Below are positions 21,426-31,099 of a stretch of DNA of 64,000 nt, piece by piece; position 1 is the first letter of the stretch, and each line of letters starts with the position of its first letter. Below the pieces are notes generated by a model. That model saw nothing but the letters and a program-made list of their open reading frames with translations. It searched no databases and was not told the origin of the DNA. This DNA comes from Longimicrobiales bacterium (GTDB lineage: Bacteria > Gemmatimonadota > Gemmatimonadetes > Longimicrobiales > Gaopeijiaceae), in assembly GCA_041690395.1 (NCBI GenBank), contig JAWLHJ010000007.1, forward strand, positions 64,001 through 128,000, written 5' to 3'. A program made the position numbers and the translations under genes.

Positions 21426-23531
21426 ATGTCCGAAGTCGAAGACCAGAAGCTGTCGAAAGAGCTCGGCCTATTCGACGTGTTCGCCATCAGCACTGGCGCC
21501 ATGTTCAGCTCGGGTTTCTTTCTCCTTCCGGGACTGGCCGCCGCCGAAGCGGGGCCTTCCGTGGTCCTCGCGTACTTGATCGCGGGAATCCTCATGCTGC
21601 CGGCCATGCTGAGCATGGCGGAGCTTTCGACGGCGATGCCGCGGGCGGGTGGCGCGTACTACTTCCTCGATCGTGCGCTCGGCCCGGTCGTCGGGACGGT
21701 CGGCGGCGTGGGAACCTGGATCGCCCTGATCCTGAAGAGCGCCTTCGCGTTGATCGGGATGGGCGCGTACCTGGGACTGTTCTTCGACGTCCCGGCCAAG
21801 CAGTTGGCGGTCGCGCTCACGGTCCTGTTCACGGTGGTGAACATCGTGGGGGCCAAGGAGACGGGGCGCCTCCAGCGGTGGCTCGTGGTGATCCTGCTCG
21901 CCGTCCTGTTCTTCTTCCTGGTCCAGGGATTCCTGGAGATCGCATCGCTCGGGGTCGGTCAGGTCCGGGAAAACCAGTTCTCGCCGTTCATGCCGTTCGG
22001 GCTCACGGGTCTCTTCGCGACCGTGGGGCTGGTCTTCGTGTCGTACGCCGGACTCACCAAGGTCGCGAGCGTCGCCGAAGAGGTTCAGAACCCCGACGTG
22101 AACATCCCCCTGGGGATGACGTTGTCGCTGATCGTCGCGACGGCGGCCTACGTCCTCGGCGTTCTGATCATCGTGGCCGTGCTGGAGCCCAGCGCGCTCC
22201 ACGACGACCTCACGCCGGTGGCGACGGCCGCGCAGTCCTTCTTTGACTGGCTGCCCGGGTCGACCGGCGTCATTCTCATCGTGATGGCGGCGATCGCGGC
22301 GTTCGCCTCGACGGCCAATGCCGGCATCATGTCGGCGTCGCGCTACCTGTTCGCCATGGGGCGGGACAAGGTCGTGTCGCCGGGGTTCGCCAGGGTCGGA
22401 CGGTTCAAGACGCCGACGCGCGCGGTCTGGGGGACGGGCGCGGTCATGGTGGTCATCCTGGTCTCGTTCGACGTGATGTCCGTCGCCAAGCTCGCCAGCG
22501 CGTTCCAGCTGCTGATCTTCGCGATGCTCAACCTCGCCGTGATCGTGCTGCGGGAGAGTCGTATCGAAGGGTACGACCCCGGGTACCGCTCGCCGTTCTA
22601 TCCCTGGATCCAGGGGGCCGGGACGCTGATTCCGCTCTGGCTCATCACCCAGATGGGCGGTATCACCATCCTGTTCACCTTCGGTCTCATCGGCGCCGCG
22701 CTCTGGTGGTACGCCTACTACGCCAGGGAGCACATGGCGCGGGAAGGGGCCGTGCTCCACCTCTTCGAGCGCCTCGGCCGGCAGCGCGATCCGGGGCTGG
22801 AGCGGGAGCTCCGTGAGGTCCTGCTCGAGTCGGACCGTGCGGGTCGGGACCCCTTCACCGAGCTGGTCGCCGAGTCGCGCGTCATCGATCTCGAGGAACC
22901 GACCGAGTACGAGACCATCGTGTGGCGGGTGTCGGCACGGTTGTCCGCGGAGTACGGCATCGCCGCCGACGATGTGGCCGAGGGCATCCTGACGGAGTCA
23001 CGGGTCGGATTGACGCCCGTGGCCAACGGCGTCGCGCTGCCACACGTGAAGCTCGCCGATCTCAAGACGTTCCACCTCGTGTTGGTGCGTACCTGTGAGG
23101 ACGTGTGCCTCACCGTGGAAGGTGGCAGGACGTCCAAGCCCGTTCGCGCGCTGTTCTTCCTGGTGAGCCCGGAGTCCAGGCCCAGGCGCCACCTCGGCCT
23201 GCTGGCGTCGCTCGCGGGCCGCATGGACGACGACGTCTTCATGGAGGAGTGGCTGTCGGCCGAGACCGAGCAGGAGCTGAAGGAGGCCGTCCTCCAGGAG
23301 GAGCGGTTCCTGTCGCTCGAGATCGCCGAGGAAGGAGCTACGGCCGAGCTGGCCGAGCACGAGGTTCGGGAGATCGAGCTCGTGGAAGGCGCGTTGATCG
23401 CGCTGGTCCACAGGAACGGCACCGTGGTCATCCCCAGGGGGAGGACAAGGCTGGAAGAGGGCGACCGGCTGACCATCGTCGGGGAGCCGGACGCGATCAG
23501 GGAGCTGCGGTTGCGGTTTGCGGGGGACTGA
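21426..23531 (+). CDS. APC amino-acid permease fused to PTS EIIA-like and RCK_C (TrkA-C) domains
   Basis: GAMFSSG, AELSTAMPRAGGAY, ~12 TMs; GVALPH; IPRGRTRLEEGDRLTIVG. Confidence 0.88.
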   Translation: MSEVEDQKLSKELGLFDVFAISTGAMFSSGFFLLPGLAAAEAGPSVVLAYLIAGILMLPAMLSMAELSTAMPRAGGAYYFLDRALGPVVGTVGGVGTWIALILKSAFALIGMGAYLGLFFDVPAKQLAVALTVLFTVVNIVGAKETGRLQRWLVVILLAVLFFFLVQGFLEIASLGVGQVRENQFSPFMPFGLTGLFATVGLVFVSYAGLTKVASVAEEVQNPDVNIPLGMTLSLIVATAAYVLGVLIIVAVLEPSALHDDLTPVATAAQSFFDWLPGSTGVILIVMAAIAAFASTANAGIMSASRYLFAMGRDKVVSPGFARVGRFKTPTRAVWGTGAVMVVILVSFDVMSVAKLASAFQLLIFAMLNLAVIVLRESRIEGYDPGYRSPFYPWIQGAGTLIPLWLITQMGGITILFTFGLIGAALWWYAYYAREHMAREGAVLHLFERLGRQRDPGLERELREVLLESDRAGRDPFTELVAESRVIDLEEPTEYETIVWRVSARLSAEYGIAADDVAEGILTESRVGLTPVANGVALPHVKLADLKTFHLVLVRTCEDVCLTVEGGRTSKPVRALFFLVSPESRPRRHLGLLASLAGRMDDDVFMEEWLSAETEQELKEAVLQEERFLSLEIAEEGATAELAEHEVREIELVEGALIALVHRNGTVVIPRGRTRLEEGDRLTIVGEPDAIRELRLRFAGD

Positions 23532-23564
23532 GGCCCGGCTCGATCGAGGGTCGGCCGAGTTGCG

Positions 23565-23593
23565 TTGACCTCGTGGTCCCCCGCCACTAGCCT
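23565..23593 (+). promoter_or_regulatory. Putative sigma70 promoter of ychF
   Basis: TTGACC-N17-TAGCCT about 60 bp upstream of the ATG. Confidence 0.55.
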
Positions 23594-23652
23594 CCCACGT
23601 TCTTCCGGCCCCCGAAGGGTGCCGGACCGTCGTCTTCCACCGCCTCCGCTCC

Positions 23653-24756
23653 ATGCTCAAGGTCGGCATCGTCGGCCTGCCCAACGTGGGCAAGTCGTCT
23701 CTTTTCAATGCGCTCACCGCGGCGGGCGCCCCGTCGGAGAACTATCCGTTCTGCACGGTCGACCCGAACATCGGGACGGTCGAGGTCCCCGACACCCGGC
23801 TCGACGAGATCCATCGGCTGACCGGCTCGAAGACCCTGGTGCCGACGGTCATCCAGTTCGTGGATATCGCTGGGCTGGTGGAGGGCGCCTCCGAGGGGGA
23901 GGGGCTCGGGAACAAGTTCCTCGGTAACATTCGGGAAGTCGACGCGGTCGTGCATGTGCTCCGCTGCTTCGACGATCCGGACGTCACACACGTGCTCGGG
24001 GACGTCGACCCCGCCCGGGACCGCGACATCGTGGAGACGGAGCTGGCCCTCGCCGACCTGGACACCGTGGAACGGCGGCTGGAGCGCGTCGAGAAGAAGG
24101 CCAAGTCGGGTGAGAAGGAGGCCATCAAGGAGAAGGCCGTCCTGGAGAAGGCGCTCGACGCGCTGACGTCCGGACGGCCGCTCCGGTCCCTCGACCTCGC
24201 CGACGACGAGCGGCAGATCCTGAAGGGATTCCAGCTGCTGACCTCGAAGCCCGTTCTCTACGTCGCGAACGTGTCCGAGGAGGACCTCCCGGAAGGAGAG
24301 AACGCCTGGACCGCGGCTCTGCGGAAGGCCGTGGACGAGGGCGCTGGGGGACGCGAGCAGGTCGTCACCATCTGCAGCGCGATCGAGTCGGAGCTCGCTG
24401 AGCTGGACACCGAGGAGCGGGACCTGTTCCTGGCCGATCTGGGGTTGGAGGAGACCGGCCTCAATCGGTTGATCCGGGCCGCGTACGATCTGCTCGGCCT
24501 CGCGACGTTCTTCACGACCGGCGAGAACGAGAGCCGTGCCTGGACCATCCGGGCCGGCAGCACGGCTCCCGAAGCAGCGGGCACGATCCACACGGACTTC
24601 GAGCGCGGCTTCATCCGAGCCGAGACGATCCATGTGGACGAGTTCAGGCGTGTCGGCTCGTGGAAGGACGCGCGCGACCAGGGGGTCCTGCGGTCGGAGG
24701 GGAGGAGCTACGTTGTGAAGGACGGCGACATCATGTTGTTCCGCTTCAACGTGTAG
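23653..24756 (+). CDS. ychF: Redox-regulated ATPase YchF
   Basis: GIVGLPNVGKS, NYPFCT, DIAGLV, IHTDFERGFIRAE, FRFNV end. Confidence 0.98.
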   Translation: MLKVGIVGLPNVGKSSLFNALTAAGAPSENYPFCTVDPNIGTVEVPDTRLDEIHRLTGSKTLVPTVIQFVDIAGLVEGASEGEGLGNKFLGNIREVDAVVHVLRCFDDPDVTHVLGDVDPARDRDIVETELALADLDTVERRLERVEKKAKSGEKEAIKEKAVLEKALDALTSGRPLRSLDLADDERQILKGFQLLTSKPVLYVANVSEEDLPEGENAWTAALRKAVDEGAGGREQVVTICSAIESELAELDTEERDLFLADLGLEETGLNRLIRAAYDLLGLATFFTTGENESRAWTIRAGSTAPEAAGTIHTDFERGFIRAETIHVDEFRRVGSWKDARDQGVLRSEGRSYVVKDGDIMLFRFNV

Positions 24757-24777
24757 CAGAGGTGCTGATCTAGACTC

Positions 24778-25050
24778 ATGGACGTCACCCACGACGAGCG
24801 GCACGAGCGCTTCGTGATCGAGCACGAAGGGACCCTCTCCATGGTCCAGTACCGGAAGACCACGCCCGGTGTCCTGCATCTGGTGAGGACCTGGGTGGCG
24901 CCCGAGTACCGGGGCGGGGGCTTCGGCGCTGAGCTCGTGCGCGCGGCGCTCGACTACGCCCGCGAGGAAGGGCTGAAGATCACGTCGTCATGCTGGTTCG
25001 TCGACGAGTTCATCGAGCAGGTCCCCGGATACGACGACCTCCTGGCCTGA
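24778..25050 (+). CDS. Small GNAT N-acetyltransferase (YjdJ-like)
   Basis: TWVAPEYRGGGFG, CWFV. Confidence 0.8.
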   Translation: MDVTHDERHERFVIEHEGTLSMVQYRKTTPGVLHLVRTWVAPEYRGGGFGAELVRAALDYAREEGLKITSSCWFVDEFIEQVPGYDDLLA

Positions 25051-25138
25051 CCGCTGGGTGGTGGCCAACAGGAACCGCAACCCCTCCGAGCGGTGAGCCG
25101 CGGCGCGTCGGTGACCCGCTGTCCGGCGATCCGGTCGG

Positions 25139-26020
25139 TCAGCGAGGCAGGGTCGTGCCGGCGATCACGTCGAGGTTGGGCAACATCACGATCTCGATCC
25201 GGCGGTTGCGCCGCCGCCCCGCCGCGTCGTCGTTCGAGGCCACCGGTTGGAATTCCCCGAAGCCGGCGCCCGACACCCGCACCGGGTCGACTCCCGCCTG
25301 GATGAGGACCCGGACCACCGACAGGGCCCGGGCGCTCGAGAGCTCCCAGTTCGACGGGAAGCGCTCGGTGGAGATCGGGACGTCGTCGGTGTGGCCTTCG
25401 ACCTGGAACTCCCGATCGTCGAGCTCGGCGATGACCGATCCGACCTCCTGAAGGGTCCGCCGGCCTTCCGCGCCGATGTTCGCGCTCCCCGACGCGAACA
25501 GGATGTCCTGCGGGAGTTGGATGACCATGCGCCCCCGGACGATGTTCACCGAGACCTGGCCACCGTCGATGAGCGACTGGAAGCGCCCGATCATGTCTTC
25601 GTAGATCCGGTTGCGGTCGCGGATCTCCTCCTCGATGGCGCGCAGCGTGGCGAGCTGTTCGCGGAGCGCCTCGTACTCGCTGCCCCTCTGGCTCAGGAGC
25701 AGCTGGAGCCGCTCGACTTCGGAGCGCGTGGTGTTGAGGCCGACCACGGCCTCGGAGCGGAGGGCCTCGAGCGTCCGGACCTCGCGCTCCAGCTCGGCGA
25801 CGCGTGCCTCGAGTCGGGCCTCTCGCTGGCCCAGGGCGTCCAACTCCCGCTCGAGCTCGGCCTCACGCTCTTCCTGAGCGGCGACCCGGTTCCTGAGCTC
25901 CTCGCCTTCCTCCCTGGCCTCCGCGAGACTGGCCAGCGCGACCTCGTGCGTGCTCTTCTTGACGCACGCCGAAAGGGGCATGAGCAGAGTGAGTGCCAAC
26001 CAGATGGATCGCCGGGGCAT
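25139..26020 (-). CDS. OmpA/MotB-like peptidoglycan-binding lipoprotein with long coiled coil
   Basis: LSAC lipobox; VEGHTD, NWELSSARA, NRRIEI. Confidence 0.88.
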   Translation of the reverse strand: MPRRSIWLALTLLMPLSACVKKSTHEVALASLAEAREEGEELRNRVAAQEEREAELERELDALGQREARLEARVAELEREVRTLEALRSEAVVGLNTTRSEVERLQLLLSQRGSEYEALREQLATLRAIEEEIRDRNRIYEDMIGRFQSLIDGGQVSVNIVRGRMVIQLPQDILFASGSANIGAEGRRTLQEVGSVIAELDDREFQVEGHTDDVPISTERFPSNWELSSARALSVVRVLIQAGVDPVRVSGAGFGEFQPVASNDDAAGRRRNRRIEIVMLPNLDVIAGTTLPR

Positions 26021-26138
26021 TGTCTTTCCTCCGAGGAATACGGATACGCGACGAGAAAAGGTATCGGCAGAGCGCCGTCGTGTCTTGCTCCGCATCCGGG
26101 CCGACGTGACCTTGAGGGTGGATAAGCCACGGACGCCA

Positions 26139-26567
26139 ATGATGAGCGAGGACCAGATGACGCCCCGATCCGGAGACGCCGCCGACGAACGGCTCAGACC
26201 CCCGCCCTCGGAGCGGTTCGGCGGTCCGAGCCACATGTTCGATCTCGACGAGGTCGCGCGTAATCTGCGTGCGGAAGATCATCCGTCCCGGCATGGTCAC
26301 CGCCAGATGACCCTCTTCCAGCGAGACCACATCACGCATGTGGTCTTCGTCTTCGACGAGGGCGGGCACCTCGCGGAGCACTCTGCTCCTGGGCTGGTGA
26401 CCATCCACGCCCACTCGGGACGGATCCGCGTGACGGAGAACGAGAACACGCATGAGCTGAGCGCCGGTAAGCTGGTCGTCCTGGCTCCCGGAGTCCCGCA
26501 TGCCGTCGAAGCGACGGAGCCGAGCGTGATGTTGCTCACCGTGCATGTGGAGCGGCATGATCGCTGA
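26139..26567 (+). CDS. Cupin-domain protein
   Basis: HLAEHSAPG...GVPHAVEA. Confidence 0.8.
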   Translation: MMSEDQMTPRSGDAADERLRPPPSERFGGPSHMFDLDEVARNLRAEDHPSRHGHRQMTLFQRDHITHVVFVFDEGGHLAEHSAPGLVTIHAHSGRIRVTENENTHELSAGKLVVLAPGVPHAVEATEPSVMLLTVHVERHDR

Positions 26568-26609
26568 CATGCCTCGCCCGGCCCGGGTTCGAGAGGGCCG
26601 CGCGCGCAG

Positions 26610-27551
26610 GTGACCTGGCTCTTCGGTGTGGCCGGGCTCCTCCTGCTCTTCGTGGGAGGAGAGGCACTCGTGCGCGGCGCCGCCGCGCTGGCGCTCCGTT
26701 TGGGGCTCTCACCACTCGCCGTCGGGCTCACGGTCGTGGCGTTCGGGACGAGCACGCCGGAGCTCGTCGTCTCACTCGACGCCGCGTTCGCCGGCGTTCC
26801 CGACATCGCGGTCGGTAACGTGATCGGCTCGAACATCGCCAATGTGACGCTCATCCTGGGCGTGGGCATGTTGTTCGGCCCGGCTCGGGTCGTCGCGCGG
26901 ACCGTGCGGGTGGACGCGCCTCTCGTCGTGTTGGTCTCGGTGGTGATGGTGCTGATGCTGGGAGACGGCACGGTATCCCGCATCGAGGGCATCGCCCTCG
27001 TGACCGCCCTTTGCGCGTTCACCGGCATCACGTTGATCCAGGGACGGAAGGAGCCGGCCGGCGTCAAGCAGGAGTTCGAGGGCGCGGTCGAGGGACCGCC
27101 GCACACGGTCCTCTTCAGCGTGCTACTCGTGTTGGCTGGGCTCGGTGGGCTGGTGCTCGGTGGTCAGCTCTTCCTCAATTCGGCCGTACAGCTCGCCCGT
27201 GCCCTCGGCGTGACTGAGGCGGTGATCGGGCTGACCGTCGTGGCGGTGGGTACGAGCCTGCCCGAGCTCATCACCTCGGTCGTGGCCGCGCTCCGGGGGC
27301 AGGGCGATATCGCCATCGGCAACGTGCTCGGCAGCAACATGTTCAACGTGCTGGGCATCCTGGGCGTCACCGCGGTCGTGCTGCCGCTCCAGCCGGGCGG
27401 GATCACGGGGGCTACGCTCGGCGTGCTCGTGGGCTCCGCGGTCGTGGTCGCGGGAATGGCCGTGACGGGACGTCGCATCACGCGGCTCGAGGGCGGGGTG
27501 CTGGTCGCCGGCTACATGGCCTACACCGTCTGGCTCGTAGGTGGCGGCTGA
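26610..27551 (+). CDS. Ca2+/Na+ antiporter (YrbG-like CaCA family)
   Basis: Two alpha repeats: GTSTPE...GNVIGSN and GTSLPE...GNVLGSN. Confidence 0.92.
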   Translation: MTWLFGVAGLLLLFVGGEALVRGAAALALRLGLSPLAVGLTVVAFGTSTPELVVSLDAAFAGVPDIAVGNVIGSNIANVTLILGVGMLFGPARVVARTVRVDAPLVVLVSVVMVLMLGDGTVSRIEGIALVTALCAFTGITLIQGRKEPAGVKQEFEGAVEGPPHTVLFSVLLVLAGLGGLVLGGQLFLNSAVQLARALGVTEAVIGLTVVAVGTSLPELITSVVAALRGQGDIAIGNVLGSNMFNVLGILGVTAVVLPLQPGGITGATLGVLVGSAVVVAGMAVTGRRITRLEGGVLVAGYMAYTVWLVGGG

Positions 27552-27554
27552 CTG

Positions 27555-30350
27555 CTACCCGGTTCCGGAATCCAGGAGCTGCGCGATGCGCGAATCCTGC
27601 CGAAGCACGACGAAGTCGTGGTGGCCGGACGCGTGCATCCACGGGAAGCCGGAAGACCCGTGGTCGAGCGACTGGGCCAGCGCGTCCAGGGCCCGGCCGG
27701 GCTGGCCCAGGATGGCCGCGGCTCGCGCCGCGTAGATGAGGCGATCTCCGACCTCGTATCCCCAGGATTCGGGGCTGAGGTACTTTTCGGCCGCCTCACG
27801 GTCGCCGAGGCGCGCGGCGGCCACCGCGGCCATCCCCAGGTACGCCGTCGAGGTGGGGTTCGACTCCAAGAGGGCGACGAACGTCGAGAGCGCCTCGTCC
27901 CAGCGCCCCAGGTCGTAGAGGGCGCTCCCCTTCCAGTACCCGTGGGCTTGGTAGTCGGGCTCCGCTTCGATTTGCCGGTCGAGCCATTCCAGCGCCCGGA
28001 GCAGGTACGGCCGAGCCATCTCGGCTGAGGCATGCGCGAGGAGCTCCTCTCCGGCGACGACGAGGGCTGCGCCGTGTGACCAGTAGGTTCGGGGCGGACG
28101 CACGGCGGACCCCTCCAGGCTGACCTCCAGCGCTGTGAGGTCCCCGGCGGCAGCGAGCGCACGGGCCTCGAGGACGGGAGCGAGGGTTCGTTCCGGGTGC
28201 CGACGGATCATCTCGCGGGCGGCCCGTGCCTCCTCCCCGTGGCGAGCCAGGAGGTGGTTGGCGTGCGTCACCTGGGTCCAGTACTGGGCCCAGCCGCGCA
28301 TGGGTCCGTTGTCCGGATCGATGCGCTCCAGAGCCTCTATGGCCTCGGCCGGCCGGTTCATGATGATCGCCTGCCGGGCGAGGTTGTACCCGGCCTGCGA
28401 GCCGGGGGCGATGCTCTCGGAGCGTCTCAGCACCCTCAGGATCTCCTGGCCGTCGGCGCGGAGCATGGCGTCGAGGAACTGCCAACGCAGATCGTCGTAC
28501 TCGCTCAGACGAGCCCGGCGCGCACCGACCACTCGTACGAGCGAGTCGGTGAGTCGACGGTCGCCGTGGTTCCAGGCAGTGGTGGCGCCGTACAGCAGGC
28601 TCATGGTGAATGTGGTGTCCTGCGCGTACGCCTCGAGGAAGACGGGCGTCGCCTGCGTGTACTCCTGGGCCAGGTAGTGGCTCATGGCACGGTCGAACAG
28701 CCGGTAGGCCTCGAACGTCGGCGCGCGGTTCGCCAGCCCGGGGAGGGCTCCCGCGCGCGCTCCGCCGAGGACGGCCAGGCCTCCCATGATGCGGTCCCGG
28801 AGCTCGGCGATGCCGTCTTCCGGCCGGTCGGCGGGGACCCGGACGGATTCGAGCGCGAGTCGCACCCGCTGGCGTTCCGCGTCCACGACCTCCGCCTGGA
28901 AGCGAAGCTCGTCGCCTACCCGGTAGAAGGCCCCGGCGACGACCGTGCGAGCCCCGGTCGCATCGCGCAGATGGGGCGTGGGGTCCACCGCTCCAGCGGT
29001 CCGCGCCTCGCCGGACGCGGCCAGCGCCGAGGGCCATGGCACTACCTGGGCCACGTCGAGGTCCTGAAGTCCCTGGGTGAGCCAATCGCCCGCCAGGCGG
29101 CCCACGAAGTCGAGGGACGGATCACCGGTCTCGTTGCGGAACTCGGCGACGGCGACCGGACCCGGCAGCGCCGCTGCCGTGGCCGCTCCCGGCGCCCCGG
29201 CGCCACGGGTCAGGCCGAAGACGAGCACGACGCCGGCCGCCGCGGTGCCGAGCAGCCAGCCCGCGCTCCGTCGTGGGCGGGCGGTCGCGCGCCCGTCGCG
29301 GGTCTCCACCGCCCCCGTCAGTCGGTCGAGCTCTATCACGATCTCGCGCGCCTCCGGCCGCGCCTCGCGCTCGGGTGAGAGGGCCCGGGCGACGAGCCGG
29401 GTGATGCCCCGGGGCAGGTCCGGGTGCGTGTCCCGGAGGCGCTCGGCGACCTGCTCGCCCGTGGTCCAGGGCGCAGGCCGGACCGCGCCGGTCAGACACT
29501 CGTGGGCGAGCTGGCCCCACGCGAAGACGTCGGCGGGCGGCCCCACGTCGGGGCGCGCCTCGATCTGTTCGGGAGCCATGTACCGCGGTGTCCCCGGCAC
29601 GAAGCCGACTCGTGTCCGAGGCGCGCCATCCGGCGCCGAGCGAAGCGCCTTCGCCACCCCGAAATCCATGAGGTAGGCGTGAGCCCCGGCGCAGAGGACA
29701 TTCCCGGGCTTGAGGTCACGGTGCACGACCCCTTCACCGTGCGCGTAGGCCAGCGCCTCCGCGACGTCGCGAAGGAGGGGGACGGCGGACGCAACGGGGA
29801 TGGGCGCCTCGCGCTGTAGGCGCTCGTACAGCGGCTCGCCCTCCACGTGGGGCATGACGTAGTAGAGCAGGCCGTCCGCGCGTCCCGAGTCGATGAAGGG
29901 CAGGATGTGCGGGTGCGACAGCGCCGAAGCGAGTCGGACCTCCTCGAGAAAGCGGTCCTGTCCGAAAAGCACCTGGGCGTCGGGACGCATGACCTTGAGG
30001 ACGACACGGCGGTCGTGCTTCTTCTCCCACGCCAGGAAGACGACGGCGGTGCCTCCCTCGCCGAGCCGTCCCACGATGCGGTACCGGTCCGCGAGGGCAT
30101 CGGCGACGCGTGCCTCCAGATCGGGCTCTTCCACCGGCGGGCCGAACGCCCCGTCCAGGATCCCGTCGCGTTCGTGCGCGGCCAGGAGCGCCATGACCTC
30201 GCGCGCGAGACGGTCGTCCCCGCCGGAACGCTCCTTCACGAAGGCCTCCCGTCCGCGGGCCGGCTGGTCCAACGCCTGGGCGAACAGGTCGCTGGCGCGA
30301 CGGAACAACTCCCGGTCGGGTCGGGACGATCCCTCCGAGGGTGCGCTCAC
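27555..30350 (-). CDS. Membrane Ser/Thr protein kinase with C-terminal TPR-like region
   Basis: LGEGG, VVLK, HRDLKPGN, DFG, GTPRYMAPE; one TM; N-terminal DLFAQALD helical segment. Confidence 0.93.
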   Translation of the reverse strand: MSAPSEGSSRPDRELFRRASDLFAQALDQPARGREAFVKERSGGDDRLAREVMALLAAHERDGILDGAFGPPVEEPDLEARVADALADRYRIVGRLGEGGTAVVFLAWEKKHDRRVVLKVMRPDAQVLFGQDRFLEEVRLASALSHPHILPFIDSGRADGLLYYVMPHVEGEPLYERLQREAPIPVASAVPLLRDVAEALAYAHGEGVVHRDLKPGNVLCAGAHAYLMDFGVAKALRSAPDGAPRTRVGFVPGTPRYMAPEQIEARPDVGPPADVFAWGQLAHECLTGAVRPAPWTTGEQVAERLRDTHPDLPRGITRLVARALSPEREARPEAREIVIELDRLTGAVETRDGRATARPRRSAGWLLGTAAAGVVLVFGLTRGAGAPGAATAAALPGPVAVAEFRNETGDPSLDFVGRLAGDWLTQGLQDLDVAQVVPWPSALAASGEARTAGAVDPTPHLRDATGARTVVAGAFYRVGDELRFQAEVVDAERQRVRLALESVRVPADRPEDGIAELRDRIMGGLAVLGGARAGALPGLANRAPTFEAYRLFDRAMSHYLAQEYTQATPVFLEAYAQDTTFTMSLLYGATTAWNHGDRRLTDSLVRVVGARRARLSEYDDLRWQFLDAMLRADGQEILRVLRRSESIAPGSQAGYNLARQAIIMNRPAEAIEALERIDPDNGPMRGWAQYWTQVTHANHLLARHGEEARAAREMIRRHPERTLAPVLEARALAAAGDLTALEVSLEGSAVRPPRTYWSHGAALVVAGEELLAHASAEMARPYLLRALEWLDRQIEAEPDYQAHGYWKGSALYDLGRWDEALSTFVALLESNPTSTAYLGMAAVAAARLGDREAAEKYLSPESWGYEVGDRLIYAARAAAILGQPGRALDALAQSLDHGSSGFPWMHASGHHDFVVLRQDSRIAQLLDSGTG

Positions 30351-30940
30351 GCCTCCTCCTCCGGCAGCTCCTCCGACAACTCGCGGTGCAGCCAGGCGCG
30401 GGCCTTCACCCAGTCTCGCTGGACGGTGCGGCGGGTGACACCGAGCGCCTCGGCGATCTCCTCGTCCTGCAGGCCCCCGAAATACCGGAGCTCCACCACC
30501 TGTCGGAGACGGGCATCGAGCGCGTCCAACCGGTCGAGGGCCTGGTCGAGCGCGAGGATCTGCTCCGGCTCCGAGCCCACCCCCGCGAGCTCCTCGTTTA
30601 GCGTCACCGGGACGGCGCCCCCTCCGCGCTTGCTGGCGGACCAGGCGCGGGCATGATCCACCAGAACCTGGCGCATGGCACGCGCCGCGACCCCGAGAAA
30701 GTGGCTCCGGTTCTCGGTGCCTTTCGGGGGACGCTGAACCAGCTTGAGGTACGCTTCGTTGACCAGCGCCGTCGGCTGGAGCGTGTGGCCGGCGCGCTCC
30801 CGTCCGAGCTGCGCGCGGGCGATACGCTGCAGCTCCTGATACACGAGCGGAAACACCCGCTCGAGCGCCTGGTCGTCTCCGTCCTCGGCCCGCTTCAGGA
30901 GAGCCGTGACGTCGCCGCCGTCGATGGGATGATCGGACAT
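30347..30940 (-). CDS. ECF sigma factor of the kinase-associated type
   Basis: HTLQPTALVNEAYLKL, AMRQVLVDHAR, VELRYFGGL, TVQRDW; overlaps the kinase start. Confidence 0.92.
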   Translation of the reverse strand: MSDHPIDGGDVTALLKRAEDGDDQALERVFPLVYQELQRIARAQLGRERAGHTLQPTALVNEAYLKLVQRPPKGTENRSHFLGVAARAMRQVLVDHARAWSASKRGGGAVPVTLNEELAGVGSEPEQILALDQALDRLDALDARLRQVVELRYFGGLQDEEIAEALGVTRRTVQRDWVKARAWLHRELSEELPEEEA

Positions 30941-31099
30941 GGTCCCCACGTGGATACGATAGACAGGCATGATGGCGACGGCGATCGGCGATCGCCAGGG
31001 CTCCCCCCTACGGTGTCACACGGTTCACGGATTCAGCGCATCTCCCGGTAACGAGTGCGTGATCCACCTTCTGCCGAGGACAACTCCGTGAAGACCGCC

